Origin: Minisyncoccia bacterium
GTDB taxonomy: Bacteria; Patescibacteriota; Minisyncoccia; Phycocordibacterales; UBA918
DNA length: 54,727 nt
Assembly: GCA_041750655.1 (NCBI GenBank)
Contig: JBGSYZ010000010.1
Location: 1 to 54,727 of the forward strand
Direction of reading: 5' to 3'
Shown here piece after piece: positions 1-8,705 of the stretch. The notes beneath the pieces were generated by a model. The model saw only the letters and a list, made by a program, of their open reading frames with translations, did no database searches and was not told the DNA's origin. The translations under genes and the position numbers were made by a program. Positions within the stretch are counted from its first letter, which is position 1; the number at the start of each line of letters is the position of its first letter.

Positions 1-1314
1 GAGATTTTCTTCGGAAGCGATAATTATGGCTTGGTTACTGTCTAAAATGAATTGACGAGAAAGTTCGAGCCAGCGATTACCTTTTCGTTCAAAATCTTTC
101 AATTTCTCTGAAAAATCAATTTTTTGGTTGAGGAGCTTTTGCTTTTTGGCGATATACTCCTCGCTCGTAATTGTGCTGTCCAAATGAGCGTCAAGAAGCC
201 TATCCAGCGTCTCCTCAACACTTTTGATCTGATTTTTCAGATTTTGAACGAAAAGCTCGTCAGAGTGGAAACTGCTCGCTTGTTCCTTTTCTAGTTCAGC
301 GAGCATGAATTCTTTCCACTCGGACGGCAAAGAAACTTTTTTGATAATGTCATTTGCTTGTTCGGCGAGGAATTCTTCGCGGATATATTTTTGTGTGCAA
401 ACACCTTTCTTTTTGGTACAGCGATAATAGGTATGACCTTTCTGCACTTCGCTGGTGATACCACAGCCGCATTCTTCACACAAAAATATTCCACGAAAAA
501 CATGCTTGTTAATTCCTCGCTTCATCGGGTGAGCATTCCTCGCCGATACTTCCGCGCATTTATCAAAAAGTTTCTTTGAAATCGCTGGCTCGTGCTTTCC
601 TTGGTAAAGTTCTTTGTTGAAAAGGAACATTCCATAATAAAAAGGATTTTTCAAAATCATTTGCGTGTTTGAAACGGTAAGAACTTTACCATTTTTAGAC
701 ACCAAGCCCTTTTGGGCAAGCAAATTCCTTGTATCTTTCAGAGAATAATTTCCAGTAGCATAGACTTCGAACATTTTCCTGACGAGGCGAAATCTCTCCA
801 CATCGGGAATAATTTTCTTGTTCAATTTATCATTTACATATCCCGTCGGAGCTTGACCACTTTGTTCGCCTCGTCTGACTTTTTGTCGAAGTCCGCGCTT
901 CACATTCTCTGAAAGATTATCTACATAGTATTTGCTCTGCCCAAAAGCAATATTTAACATAAACTTACCTTGTGGCGTAGCATCGAACCAAAACGTCGGG
1001 AATTTTAGCTCTTTAATAAGACCGAGGTCGCACAGATAGATTATCTTTCCACCATCAATACTATTTCTCGCCAATCTATCGGGATGCCAAGCTAAAATTC
1101 CCGACGCTTTGCCTTTTTCTATGAGCGAGAGCATATTGTTGAAAATAGGTCTGCCCGGCTCTTTCGCGGTTTGTGATTCAACAAAAGTTTCAACAATCTC
1201 CAACTGCTCTCGCGTGGCAAATTCTTTCAACTCGTCAATTTGCGATTCAATACTCAAAATCTGACGATCTGGTTCGTCGGTAGATTTACGAGCATAGAGA
1301 AAGAATTTGTTCAT
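1..1314 (-). CDS. Large serine recombinase (resolvase catalytic domain + recombinase domain + Zn ribbon + coiled coil), 3' end runs off the window
   Basis: Manual translation from ATG 1314, open for 438 codons to position 1: MNKFFLYARKSTDEPDRQILSIESQ (YxRxS catalytic Ser), WHPDRLARN, SENVKRG, LKNPFYYG, GKHEPAIS, CEECGC...YYRC...C Zn ribbon. Absent from the ORF track because there is no stop in the window. Confidence 0.95.
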   Translation of the reverse strand, partial: MNKFFLYARKSTDEPDRQILSIESQIDELKEFATREQLEIVETFVESQTAKEPGRPIFNNMLSLIEKGKASGILAWHPDRLARNSIDGGKIIYLCDLGLIKELKFPTFWFDATPQGKFMLNIAFGQSKYYVDNLSENVKRGLRQKVRRGEQSGQAPTGYVNDKLNKKIIPDVERFRLVRKMFEVYATGNYSLKDTRNLLAQKGLVSKNGKVLTVSNTQMILKNPFYYGMFLFNKELYQGKHEPAISKKLFDKCAEVSARNAHPMKRGINKHVFRGIFLCEECGCGITSEVQKGHTYYRCTKKKGVCTQKYIREEFLAEQANDIIKKVSLPSEWKEFMLAELEKEQASSFHSDELFVQNLKNQIKSVEETLDRLLDAHLDSTITSEEYIAKKQKLLNQKIDFSEKLKDFERKGNRWLELSRQFILDSNQAIIIASEENL

Positions 1315-1560
1315 AGAAAAAGGTTTATGTTAAATATTGATAATTATTCGCTTCCAGATTGGCTCGCAAAACGAAGTTTTGAATGATGTACTCATCATAA
1401 ACCCCCGCCTCGCGTCCCGCTCGCTTCTTTTGGATTTCAAAAACCCTTGGCGAATTCTGGCGGAAACCCCCGTCGCGTCGCTTTGCGACGCTCCGCATTT
1501 TGGCGAAAACGGCGATTCTATTTTGTTCAGGAGACACAGCCAACTCGTGCTAGCACGAGA
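1..1560. mobile_element. Putative self-folding serine-recombinase element (right part; left end outside the window)
   Basis: Recombinase CDS built of nested inverted repeats. The upstream flank 1340-1355 is complementary to the gene's 3' region 13-27, and 1400-1520 (+) reads like a recombinase C-terminus (NPRLASRSLLLDFKNPWRILAE). Confidence 0.65.
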
Positions 1561-1630
1561 TGCTTAGAAATAAGCTCTTAAAACTAGTTGAGATCTATAC
1601 AATCACAGAAGAAGCCGTAGGCTAATCCAG

Positions 1631-1662
1631 ACTAAAAAATACCCGTCAGGGTGTTTTTTAGT
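1631..1662 (+). terminator. Rho-independent terminator
   Basis: actaaaaaataccc-gtca-gggtgttttttagt hairpin with T-tract. Confidence 0.7.
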
Positions 1663-1714
1663 TGAAATAAAACAATTTCTAAGGTGTAGTAATAGATATC
1701 TGATATACTGAATT

Positions 1715-2284
1715 GTGATGGATAGAAACGATACTCAACTCGTAGCTGATTATTTAAATGGCGATGAAACTGCCCTTGGTTTTCTTGTAGACCGCTATAT
1801 TAAAGATGTGTATCGATTTGCACAGCAACTAACAAATGATGCTGGAGCGGCTGAGGATGTAACTCAGGAATCATTCGTAAAAGCTTGGAAGCATATTCGG
1901 AGCTACCGACAAGGAAGTAATTTTAAGACTTGGATTTTTACCATCACCCGCAACACAGCAATTGATTGGTTACGGAAGCAAAAAGAAATTGCTCTTTCTA
2001 GTTTTGAAAATGTTGAGGGGCAGAATATGTTACTAGAAACTATTGCCGACACTAATCCACTACCTGATGAATTGCTGGTAAGAGCAGAAAACACTGCTCA
2101 TGTTGTATTTTTACTTGAGCAACTTGATTCAAAATACCGTGACGTTCTTACGCTTCGGTACTCAAGCAATATGACATTTGAGGAGATTGGAGAAGTTTTA
2201 CGAAGACCATTACATACCATAAAGAGCCAACATCGGAGAGCATTAGTGATGCTCAGACGGCTACTCGAAGCTGAGCCAGCATAG
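1715..2284 (+). CDS. ECF (sigma-70 family) RNA polymerase sigma factor
   Basis: AEDVTQESFVKAW, FKTWIFTITRNTAIDWLRK (region 2) and region 4 HTH MTFEEIGEVL...TIKSQHRRA. Confidence 0.93.
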   Translation: MMDRNDTQLVADYLNGDETALGFLVDRYIKDVYRFAQQLTNDAGAAEDVTQESFVKAWKHIRSYRQGSNFKTWIFTITRNTAIDWLRKQKEIALSSFENVEGQNMLLETIADTNPLPDELLVRAENTAHVVFLLEQLDSKYRDVLTLRYSSNMTFEEIGEVLRRPLHTIKSQHRRALVMLRRLLEAEPA

Positions 2285-2290
2285 ATATGG

Positions 2291-2325
2291 AAAAGAGTGC
2301 ACCAAAATGCACTCTTTTTTCGTAT
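2291..2325 (+). promoter_or_regulatory. Putative ECF-type promoter (TGCACC-N17-CGTA) overlapping a hairpin
   Basis: tgcacc 2298-2303 and cgta 2321-2324; hairpin aaaagagtgca/tgcactctttt between the sigma and anti-sigma genes. Confidence 0.45.
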
Positions 2326-2332
2326 GGTATGT

Positions 2333-2713
2333 ATGCAAGATAATTTTGAGTTACCAGAAAGCCTCAGAGGCAATATTTTGTTAGGTATTCATACTGAGGA
2401 AAAAAGGCGTGCCAAGCGTCTACTAGTTGTGTCTGCAGTTGTTGCAACCAGTTCATTAGTTGGAATAATCGCATCGCTTAAATATGCGTTAGTGACACTC
2501 TATGAGTCGAGTTTTTATTCCTATGCCTCACTTCTGTTTTCAGATCCTGACGTTGTTACACAATACTGGAAAGAATTCAGTCTAGCATTGTTAGAGTCAC
2601 TTCCAGTGATAGGTATCGTATTGTGTCTCATCGCCGTGTTCGCATTACTTATGTCACTCCGTTTATTTGCACAGAATATGCGGTTTGGTTTTGCTCCAAC
2701 ATTCGCTAATTAA
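2333..2713 (+). CDS. Membrane protein, probable anti-sigma factor
   Basis: Directly follows the ECF sigma; short cytoplasmic N-terminus plus 2 TM helices; ATG 2333 preferred over 2297. Confidence 0.7.
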   Translation: MQDNFELPESLRGNILLGIHTEEKRRAKRLLVVSAVVATSSLVGIIASLKYALVTLYESSFYSYASLLFSDPDVVTQYWKEFSLALLESLPVIGIVLCLIAVFALLMSLRLFAQNMRFGFAPTFAN

Positions 2714-2724
2714 TATTTATTTGT

Positions 2725-3225
2725 ATGTATAAAAATCTTAAAGAATTTACTGCTTCAAAATCCTTTCAAGGAATTTTGATTGGTATTGGCATTTCTATTG
2801 TCGGACTCCTCATTTTTCAAGCCGGAGTCATGGTTGGACAACATAAAGTACAGTTCGGTGACCGATTAGGGAGTCACTTTGAACGTAACTTTGTTGATCT
2901 AGAAAGAGGCGGTTTTGGAAGTCCAAAAGGATTAGGTTTTGGTGAACAGCTTCCTCCTGGTGGACACGGGGCAGTTGGTGAGGTTATCAGCGTCACACTT
3001 CCAACATTTGTGATTGCTGGACCAGACAATCTTGAAAAAACTGTAACTGTTACTGACAACACGTTGATTCGTGAGTTTCGAGATGAACTCAGTACTGATG
3101 GCATAGAAACTGGAAAGTTTGTCGTTGTACTTGGTGAACCAAATGACGATGGTGTGATTAAAGCCAAGTTGATTCGTTTCTTGCCACCTCCACCTGATTT
3201 TATAAAAAATGAAACAAACGAATAA
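2725..3225 (+). CDS. Membrane-anchored protein with a DUF5666-like OB-fold domain
   Basis: N-terminal TM, then G-rich linker and GEVISV...KTVTVTDNT...G..VVV.G...A..I pattern. Confidence 0.65.
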   Translation: MYKNLKEFTASKSFQGILIGIGISIVGLLIFQAGVMVGQHKVQFGDRLGSHFERNFVDLERGGFGSPKGLGFGEQLPPGGHGAVGEVISVTLPTFVIAGPDNLEKTVTVTDNTLIREFRDELSTDGIETGKFVVVLGEPNDDGVIKAKLIRFLPPPPDFIKNETNE

Positions 3226-3227
3226 TT

Positions 3228-4988
3228 ATGAAACTTTTAAAAATTGTAACTAACTATAAATGGTATCTAATCGCAATTGTGATTTTTGCTGGAGGCATTT
3301 ATTACTACACACAAATTTATAATTCAGACAGTACTGATGCAGCACTATCTTTTTATGTAGTCGATACAGTTGAACGTGGTGAGGTAACGTCAGGTATTCT
3401 GACTACGGGTGACATTATTGCTGCCCAAAAACTTGATATAGATGTCTACAAACAGCTTAGTAGAATTGATGTTGTAAACATGGCTAATGGCAGTCATGTT
3501 GAAAAAGGTGACGTGCTCGTTTCTTTTGATAAAAGTGATGCCTACGTAGACACACAATCGTCCAAGGTTGCAGTGGCGGAGGCTCGACTTGCTTTGCAAG
3601 AAGAGCAAGAAAATGTGAATGATCCGAATACACAAATTAGAACCAAAGAAAATCAGATTGTAGGATATAACAAAACTATTATTGATACTGAACAAGATAT
3701 TAAAGATGCTTATAGAGATTTCTTAAATGAAGATTTAGAGGTGGTACCACACCCTGATAAATCAAGTGCTCTTGACGATAGAACCGAGCCAGTCTTATCT
3801 GGAAGATATGTGAGTGATACTCAAGGACAGTACGTTATTGAAGTGTATGCTTCGGCTGCAGATTCTGGATACAGTTATCGCGTAAGCGGTTTGGAGTCAA
3901 TGACGGATTCAGTAATTTTTGGTAAAGCTGTTGACTTGGGTAGTCGTGGTCTAAAAATCACGTTCCCGAGTGACACAAAGACAAGGGATAAATGGGTTGT
4001 GTATGTGCCAAATACAGAGATTGCTACATATTCTGAAACAAAGCGAGTATATGAAGAGAGTGTTGCAGCGTTAGAAAAGACAATTGCTGATACGAAGGTA
4101 AATCTAGCAAATGCTGCACAAGATCTTGCTGACCTAAAACAAACTGACTCCAGTAGTTACCGTGATTTGAATGTAGAGAAAGCCGAATCTAGTTTGTCAG
4201 AAGCACAGCAACGTTTGTCTAAGAACTACGATGTTGTACAAGAGCGAGATATCGTCGCACCTTTTTCAGGAACAGTGGAAGGAATGGAGAACGTTGTCGC
4301 TGGAGCGACCCCAACTGGTGGTACAAATGATTCTATAAATTTAGGTACACTTATTTCCGATGAGTTTCTAACAACATTCACGCTTGGTGCTACCGACGTT
4401 GCGAAAGTTTCGGTGGGACAAAAGGTAAAAGTGACCGTTACATCATTTGCAGAGCAGCCGGTATTCACCGCTGAAATTACACAAATAAGTTCACTGCCTG
4501 AAGCCAGTGGAGTCGCACAGTACAAGGTGCAAGCTTTGATTGAATATGACCGAGCTGCTGCAGAGTTGGTACTTCGTGAAGGAATGTTGGCTGACATAGA
4601 AGTGGTAGAAAAAGAGAGTTCAGATGCACTACGTGTACCAACTTCGGCTATTACGTATGAGCAAGGTGTTCCTAAGGTAACAATTATAGATAAGCTAACT
4701 GAAGAACAACAGCAGCAGGCAAATCGCATGGGTATTGTTCGAACAGAAGGTACAACTATTGCAACATACGATGTTGAGGTAGAGCTTGGTATCGTGGGTC
4801 AATATTATGTTGAAATAATAAGTGGCTTGTCTGAAGGAGATATTATCGTGTCTTCACAACTTTCAGATACGGCGACTGATTCTGTTGTACAGCAAGCAGG
4901 CTTCGGCCCTCCAGGTGGAGGGCAACGGCCAACTGGATCACCGACGGCTGGAAGTGGTGCGCCGGCAGGTAGGGCACCAAGTAACTAG
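3228..4988 (+). CDS. Efflux periplasmic adaptor / membrane fusion protein (MacA/HlyD-like)
   Basis: N-terminal TM, VEKGDVL lipoyl half-motif, coiled coils, IVAPFSGTV, VPTSAI, EIISGLSEGD. Confidence 0.9.
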   Translation: MKLLKIVTNYKWYLIAIVIFAGGIYYYTQIYNSDSTDAALSFYVVDTVERGEVTSGILTTGDIIAAQKLDIDVYKQLSRIDVVNMANGSHVEKGDVLVSFDKSDAYVDTQSSKVAVAEARLALQEEQENVNDPNTQIRTKENQIVGYNKTIIDTEQDIKDAYRDFLNEDLEVVPHPDKSSALDDRTEPVLSGRYVSDTQGQYVIEVYASAADSGYSYRVSGLESMTDSVIFGKAVDLGSRGLKITFPSDTKTRDKWVVYVPNTEIATYSETKRVYEESVAALEKTIADTKVNLANAAQDLADLKQTDSSSYRDLNVEKAESSLSEAQQRLSKNYDVVQERDIVAPFSGTVEGMENVVAGATPTGGTNDSINLGTLISDEFLTTFTLGATDVAKVSVGQKVKVTVTSFAEQPVFTAEITQISSLPEASGVAQYKVQALIEYDRAAAELVLREGMLADIEVVEKESSDALRVPTSAITYEQGVPKVTIIDKLTEEQQQQANRMGIVRTEGTTIATYDVEVELGIVGQYYVEIISGLSEGDIIVSSQLSDTATDSVVQQAGFGPPGGGQRPTGSPTAGSGAPAGRAPSN

Positions 4989-4997
4989 TTAGTAGTC

Positions 4998-5711
4998 ATG
5001 ACTACCCCAACTACAACAACAAAAGTTATTGAACTAAAAGATATATCAAAAAGTTTTTACTTGGCAGGCGGCCTTGAAGTACCTGTACTGCACCATATAA
5101 ATCTGGATATTTTTGAAGGAGACATGATTGCTATTCTTGGTCCTTCTGGTTCTGGTAAATCAACACTAATGAATATTATTGGCGGATTAGATATTGCTAC
5201 CAAGGGGGAGTATCACTTCGCTGGTCAATCAGTAGATACAATGACATCAAATGAACTGGCTGAATTACGCTCAACGGATATCAGTTTCATATTTCAATCG
5301 TTCCATCTTTTGGCAGGAAAAACTGTCTATCAGAATGTGATGTTACCACTCATATATCAACGCTCATTCACTGGTGATTATGATGAGTATGTTACACACG
5401 CTTTGAAGCGAGCTTCACTTGAAGAAGCTCATTGGCACAAGAAGCCAAATCAACTTTCTGGAGGACAGCGCCAGCGTGTAGCTATTGCCCGCGCGCTCGT
5501 AGCGCGTCCCAAATTATTATTAGCAGATGAACCAACAGGTAACTTAGACTCAAAGACGGGAGAGAATATCATTGATTCATTGACGTACTTAAACGAAAAA
5601 TATGGTACTACAATTGTGATCGTGACTCACGATGAGTCATTGACCGAAGTAGTTCATCGCGTAGTCAATATTAAAGACGGAGTCATTAATGAAACCGCTG
5701 GCAAGAAATAG
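4998..5711 (+). CDS. ABC transporter ATP-binding protein (LolD/MacB-like)
   Basis: GPSGSGKST, LSGGQRQRVAIARAL, LADEPTGNLD, VTHD. Confidence 0.96.
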   Translation: MTTPTTTTKVIELKDISKSFYLAGGLEVPVLHHINLDIFEGDMIAILGPSGSGKSTLMNIIGGLDIATKGEYHFAGQSVDTMTSNELAELRSTDISFIFQSFHLLAGKTVYQNVMLPLIYQRSFTGDYDEYVTHALKRASLEEAHWHKKPNQLSGGQRQRVAIARALVARPKLLLADEPTGNLDSKTGENIIDSLTYLNEKYGTTIVIVTHDESLTEVVHRVVNIKDGVINETAGKK

Positions 5712-5712
5712 T

Positions 5713-6894
5713 ATGAAAACAAAATTCCTAATTTCTGAATCGTTACAATCCCTACGCAGTAACTTATTGCGCTCCTTCTTAACAATCATTGGTATTGTGG
5801 TGGGTATTTTTTCTGTTACTGCAATGCTTGCTTTAGGGGAGGGGTTGTCAGCCAATGTACTTGATCGCTTTAGTTCATTTGCAAGTGGCGATATTACTGT
5901 GTCTGGTGAAATTTCATACACTGATTTTTCGTGGATCAACGAACAGCCATATGTCTCAGAATCATTAGCTTCTCTGTCAATTAATAATTCCAAAGTCATT
6001 GCTTTTGGTTCCGATTTTTCTCCCACTACACAGGTTGTTGTAGGTGATTATGAGGGTTTACAGAGCTACGATATTGTCAGCGGTGAGGTGTATGACTGGA
6101 ATGACATTAGTTTCGATGAAGCAGTTATTGTTGTCTCCGATGGTTTCGCTGATGCTGTACAAGAGGAGACTGGTCAGTCTGTATTGGATCAGGATGTTAC
6201 TGTCGGCGGTCAAAAATTTACCGTGATTGGAATAATTGAATCTGGTTCAATGCAGTTTACTCGTGGCGATGGTGTAATACTCGTTCCGTACAATAAAGCA
6301 ATTGGTACCTTAACAAGTACTAAAAACTTTTCTTCTGTATCTGTCTTACTTCAAGATTCATCTTATTTTGAAATTGCCGGACAACACATGCTCGAATCAT
6401 TAAACGCTTCCAGGCAACTAGCTAGCGACAGCGAGGATGTGTTTAGTGTTGAAACTTCACAATCATTCATCGAGACAGCTCAGGAAACGGTTCAGATGAT
6501 CAGTATATTTTTAGGAATCGTTGGAGGGATTGCTCTGTTTGTTGGAGGGATTGGCACAATGAATATGATGCTTACAACTGTGACCGAACGAACAAAAGAA
6601 ATTGGTTTGCGGAAAGCCGTTGGAGCACGCGATCGTGACATAATGCTACAGATTCTTATTGAGTCAGTCGCTCTCACTACTCTAGGTGGGTTTCTGGGAA
6701 TTTTGCTCAGTCTTGGTGTAGGCAAGATAGCTAATACTATTTTTGCTGATAGTGACATTATTTCTATCGTTATAAACACAAAAGTAATAGCACTGGCGTC
6801 ATTTGTAGCTGTAGCTGTCGGTGTAGTGTTTGGTTTGTATCCCGCACGTAACGCCTCAAAACTTCAACCAGTCGATGCATTGCGGTCAGAATAG
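5713..6894 (+). CDS. ABC transporter permease (MacB/FtsX family)
   Basis: RSFLTIIGIVVG, GGIGTMNMMLTTVTERTKEIGLRKAVGA, GLYPARNASKLQPVDALR. Confidence 0.95.
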   Translation: MKTKFLISESLQSLRSNLLRSFLTIIGIVVGIFSVTAMLALGEGLSANVLDRFSSFASGDITVSGEISYTDFSWINEQPYVSESLASLSINNSKVIAFGSDFSPTTQVVVGDYEGLQSYDIVSGEVYDWNDISFDEAVIVVSDGFADAVQEETGQSVLDQDVTVGGQKFTVIGIIESGSMQFTRGDGVILVPYNKAIGTLTSTKNFSSVSVLLQDSSYFEIAGQHMLESLNASRQLASDSEDVFSVETSQSFIETAQETVQMISIFLGIVGGIALFVGGIGTMNMMLTTVTERTKEIGLRKAVGARDRDIMLQILIESVALTTLGGFLGILLSLGVGKIANTIFADSDIISIVINTKVIALASFVAVAVGVVFGLYPARNASKLQPVDALRSE

Positions 6895-6917
6895 ACCCCT
6901 CTAGTGCACCTGACCGA

Positions 6918-6942
6918 GGTGGGTTCGAGTCCTGCTGCGGCA
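6918..6942 (+). other. tRNA 3'-end-like fragment (T-arm), possible att remnant
   Basis: ggtgggttcgagtcctgctgcggca: T-loop TTCGA in a stem, no D-arm upstream. Confidence 0.45.
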
Positions 6943-6967
6943 TATTAATGCGGTATAATTCACAGAT

Positions 6968-7354
6968 ATGATTGACCACATTTCTTTAGGCGTATCTGAT
7001 CTCAAAAAGAGTAGAGATTTTTATCTAAATGCCCTCAAACCACTTGGGTACGATATTATCTATGATATTGAAGATGTAGCTAACTGGGGGATGAATATAA
7101 GTGGATGTAGCATAGGAGAAAATGATCAGACTCGTCTGTGGCTCGAGGGAGACGCGACAGCTCACAAGACACATCTTGCTTTTGTCGGAAAAGATAGAGA
7201 TGTGGTCAACGCATTTTACGAGGCCGCAATGCAAGCAGGAGGCACAGACAATGGTGCTCCTGGGATCAGAGAGCAATACTCTCCAGTATACTATGCAGCG
7301 TTTGTACTAGATCCGGATGGTAATAATATAGAGGTTGTATTTAGAGGGACATAG
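6968..7354 (+). CDS. VOC/glyoxalase family protein
   Basis: MIDHISLGVSDL, HLAF, GGTDNGAPG.R..Y...YYAAFVLDPDGNNIE. Confidence 0.93.
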   Translation: MIDHISLGVSDLKKSRDFYLNALKPLGYDIIYDIEDVANWGMNISGCSIGENDQTRLWLEGDATAHKTHLAFVGKDRDVVNAFYEAAMQAGGTDNGAPGIREQYSPVYYAAFVLDPDGNNIEVVFRGT

Positions 7355-7384
7355 AAGTTCCCACTTCGCACCAGATGGTCATAC
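7355..7384 (+). repeat. Degenerate intergenic repeat, copy A
   Basis: aagttcccacttcgcaccagatggtca matches 7812-7838 at about 20/27 positions; begins right after a stop codon. Confidence 0.5.
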
Positions 7385-7424
7385 AAAGTTGCATTAAATA
7401 CGAATTTTGGAACAATAACTAAAT

Positions 7425-7811
7425 ATGAAAGACCTTAAACTCACAGTCAGAATAAATAAGCCAGTTGAAGAAGTTTTTGACTTCACTACAAATCCAGACA
7501 ACACTCCTAAGTGGATAGGTTCCGTTATGGGTGAAAAAGCAGAAAAATATCCTCCAGAGATTGGTACAAAATATAAAAATTGGGATGAGTCGGAGAAAGT
7601 TAACGAATATGTAGTAACTAAGTATGAACCTTTTAAAGTGTTCCAACTTGATGCTACACATCAAGACTATAAAGTTCGTTACACTTATACTCTAATTTCT
7701 GAAAATGAGACAGAGCTTGAATATTATGAATGGAGTGAATCTGACCAATTACACGCACCGTTTATGCAGAAGATTCTAGATAAGTTGAAGGAAGTGATGG
7801 AACAGCAATAA
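7425..7811 (+). CDS. SRPBCC (START-like/polyketide cyclase) family protein
   Basis: INKPVEEVFDFTTNPDNTPKW N-terminus and C-terminal LDKLKEVME helix. Confidence 0.85.
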   Translation: MKDLKLTVRINKPVEEVFDFTTNPDNTPKWIGSVMGEKAEKYPPEIGTKYKNWDESEKVNEYVVTKYEPFKVFQLDATHQDYKVRYTYTLISENETELEYYEWSESDQLHAPFMQKILDKLKEVMEQQ

Positions 7812-7844
7812 AAGTTCTAACATCGTCCCAGACGGCCAACAGTC
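7812..7844 (+). repeat. Degenerate intergenic repeat, copy B
   Basis: aagttctaacatcgtcccagacggccaacagtc; last 20 nt match 10311-10330 at 17/20. Confidence 0.55.
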
Positions 7845-8003
7845 ATGGGAGACAGGCAGTGTCTCCTGAACTCGCTATCTAGCAGCTTATATTTTAAACG
7901 AGTCATGGGCTCAAACTTTTTCCAAATGTTTCAAAAATAAAAAATTTATTCAAGAACATATTTTTGGTTCGAGTCTCAGAGGGTTTTTGTTATACTTATA
8001 TGT

Positions 8004-8375
8004 ATGAAGCCAACCAGTGAAGCAACTCTCAAGCGTGTGTATGCAATGACTTTTGCAAAGGTCTATCCGTTATATGTAGCTAAGGCTGAAAGAAAAGGTC
8101 GGACAAAAGCAGAAGTCGATAAAGTAATTCATTGGCTTACCGGATACACCCAAGCTAAGCTGAACTCACAGATAAAGAAAGAGGTGAATTTTGAGATTTT
8201 TTTCAAGGAAGCTCCAAAACTCAATCCTTCGCGCACACTCATCACCGGCATGATTTGTGGTGTTCGCGTTGAAGAGATTGAAGATAAAATCATGCGAGAG
8301 ATGCGTTATTTAGACAAGCTTATCGATGAACTTGCCAAAGGAAGACCCCTTGAAAAGATTTTACGGAAACCATAG
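8004..8375 (+). CDS. DUF2200 family protein
   Basis: [53 protein letters not shown]. Confidence 0.9.
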   Translation: MKPTSEATLKRVYAMTFAKVYPLYVAKAERKGRTKAEVDKVIHWLTGYTQAKLNSQIKKEVNFEIFFKEAPKLNPSRTLITGMICGVRVEEIEDKIMREMRYLDKLIDELAKGRPLEKILRKP

Positions 8376-8387
8376 TAATATTAGTAT

Positions 8388-8693
8388 ATGTTTAAAAAAT
8401 ATTTCGAGTACCTTCAGGACAACCCTAATCGCTACTGGTTCAAGCGTAAGGTTTGGGGATGGGGTTGGGTGCCTGCGACATGGCAGGGGTGGCTCACAAC
8501 ATTGCTGTATGTTGCACTCATTTTACTTCTCGCATGCACTAGAGAAGAGGCAATCCCCGGGAATCCTGATTCAGGAAGTAACTTCTTGGTGTTTGGGTTG
8601 CCGATTATTCTCTTGACTATCACTTTTATTTCCATCGCATACAAGACAGGAGAGAAACCAAAGTGGCAATGGGGTTTGCCAAAAGATAAATAA
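8388..8693 (+). CDS. Small 2-TM membrane protein
   Basis: YWFKRKVWGWGWVPATWQGW motif, two hydrophobic helices, GEKPKWQWG. Confidence 0.8.
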   Translation: MFKKYFEYLQDNPNRYWFKRKVWGWGWVPATWQGWLTTLLYVALILLLACTREEAIPGNPDSGSNFLVFGLPIILLTITFISIAYKTGEKPKWQWGLPKDK

Positions 8694-8705
8694 TATTTAA
8701 ACAAT

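Noticed and set aside
1308-1335. TTATGTTAAAT, identical to the XerD arm of E. coli dif (also inverted at 952-962)
   Set aside because: No recognisable XerC arm at the right spacing; the sequence is explained as the complement of codons FMLN within the fold-back structure.
1514-1536. 20/23 match to rnpB 23317-23339
   Set aside because: A single short AT-rich match with no further support for rnpB as an att site; probably chance.
1337-1567. 76-aa + strand ORF as an independent gene
   Set aside because: It is a mosaic of inverted-repeat segments and hairpins, better read as a mirror of the recombinase 3' end.
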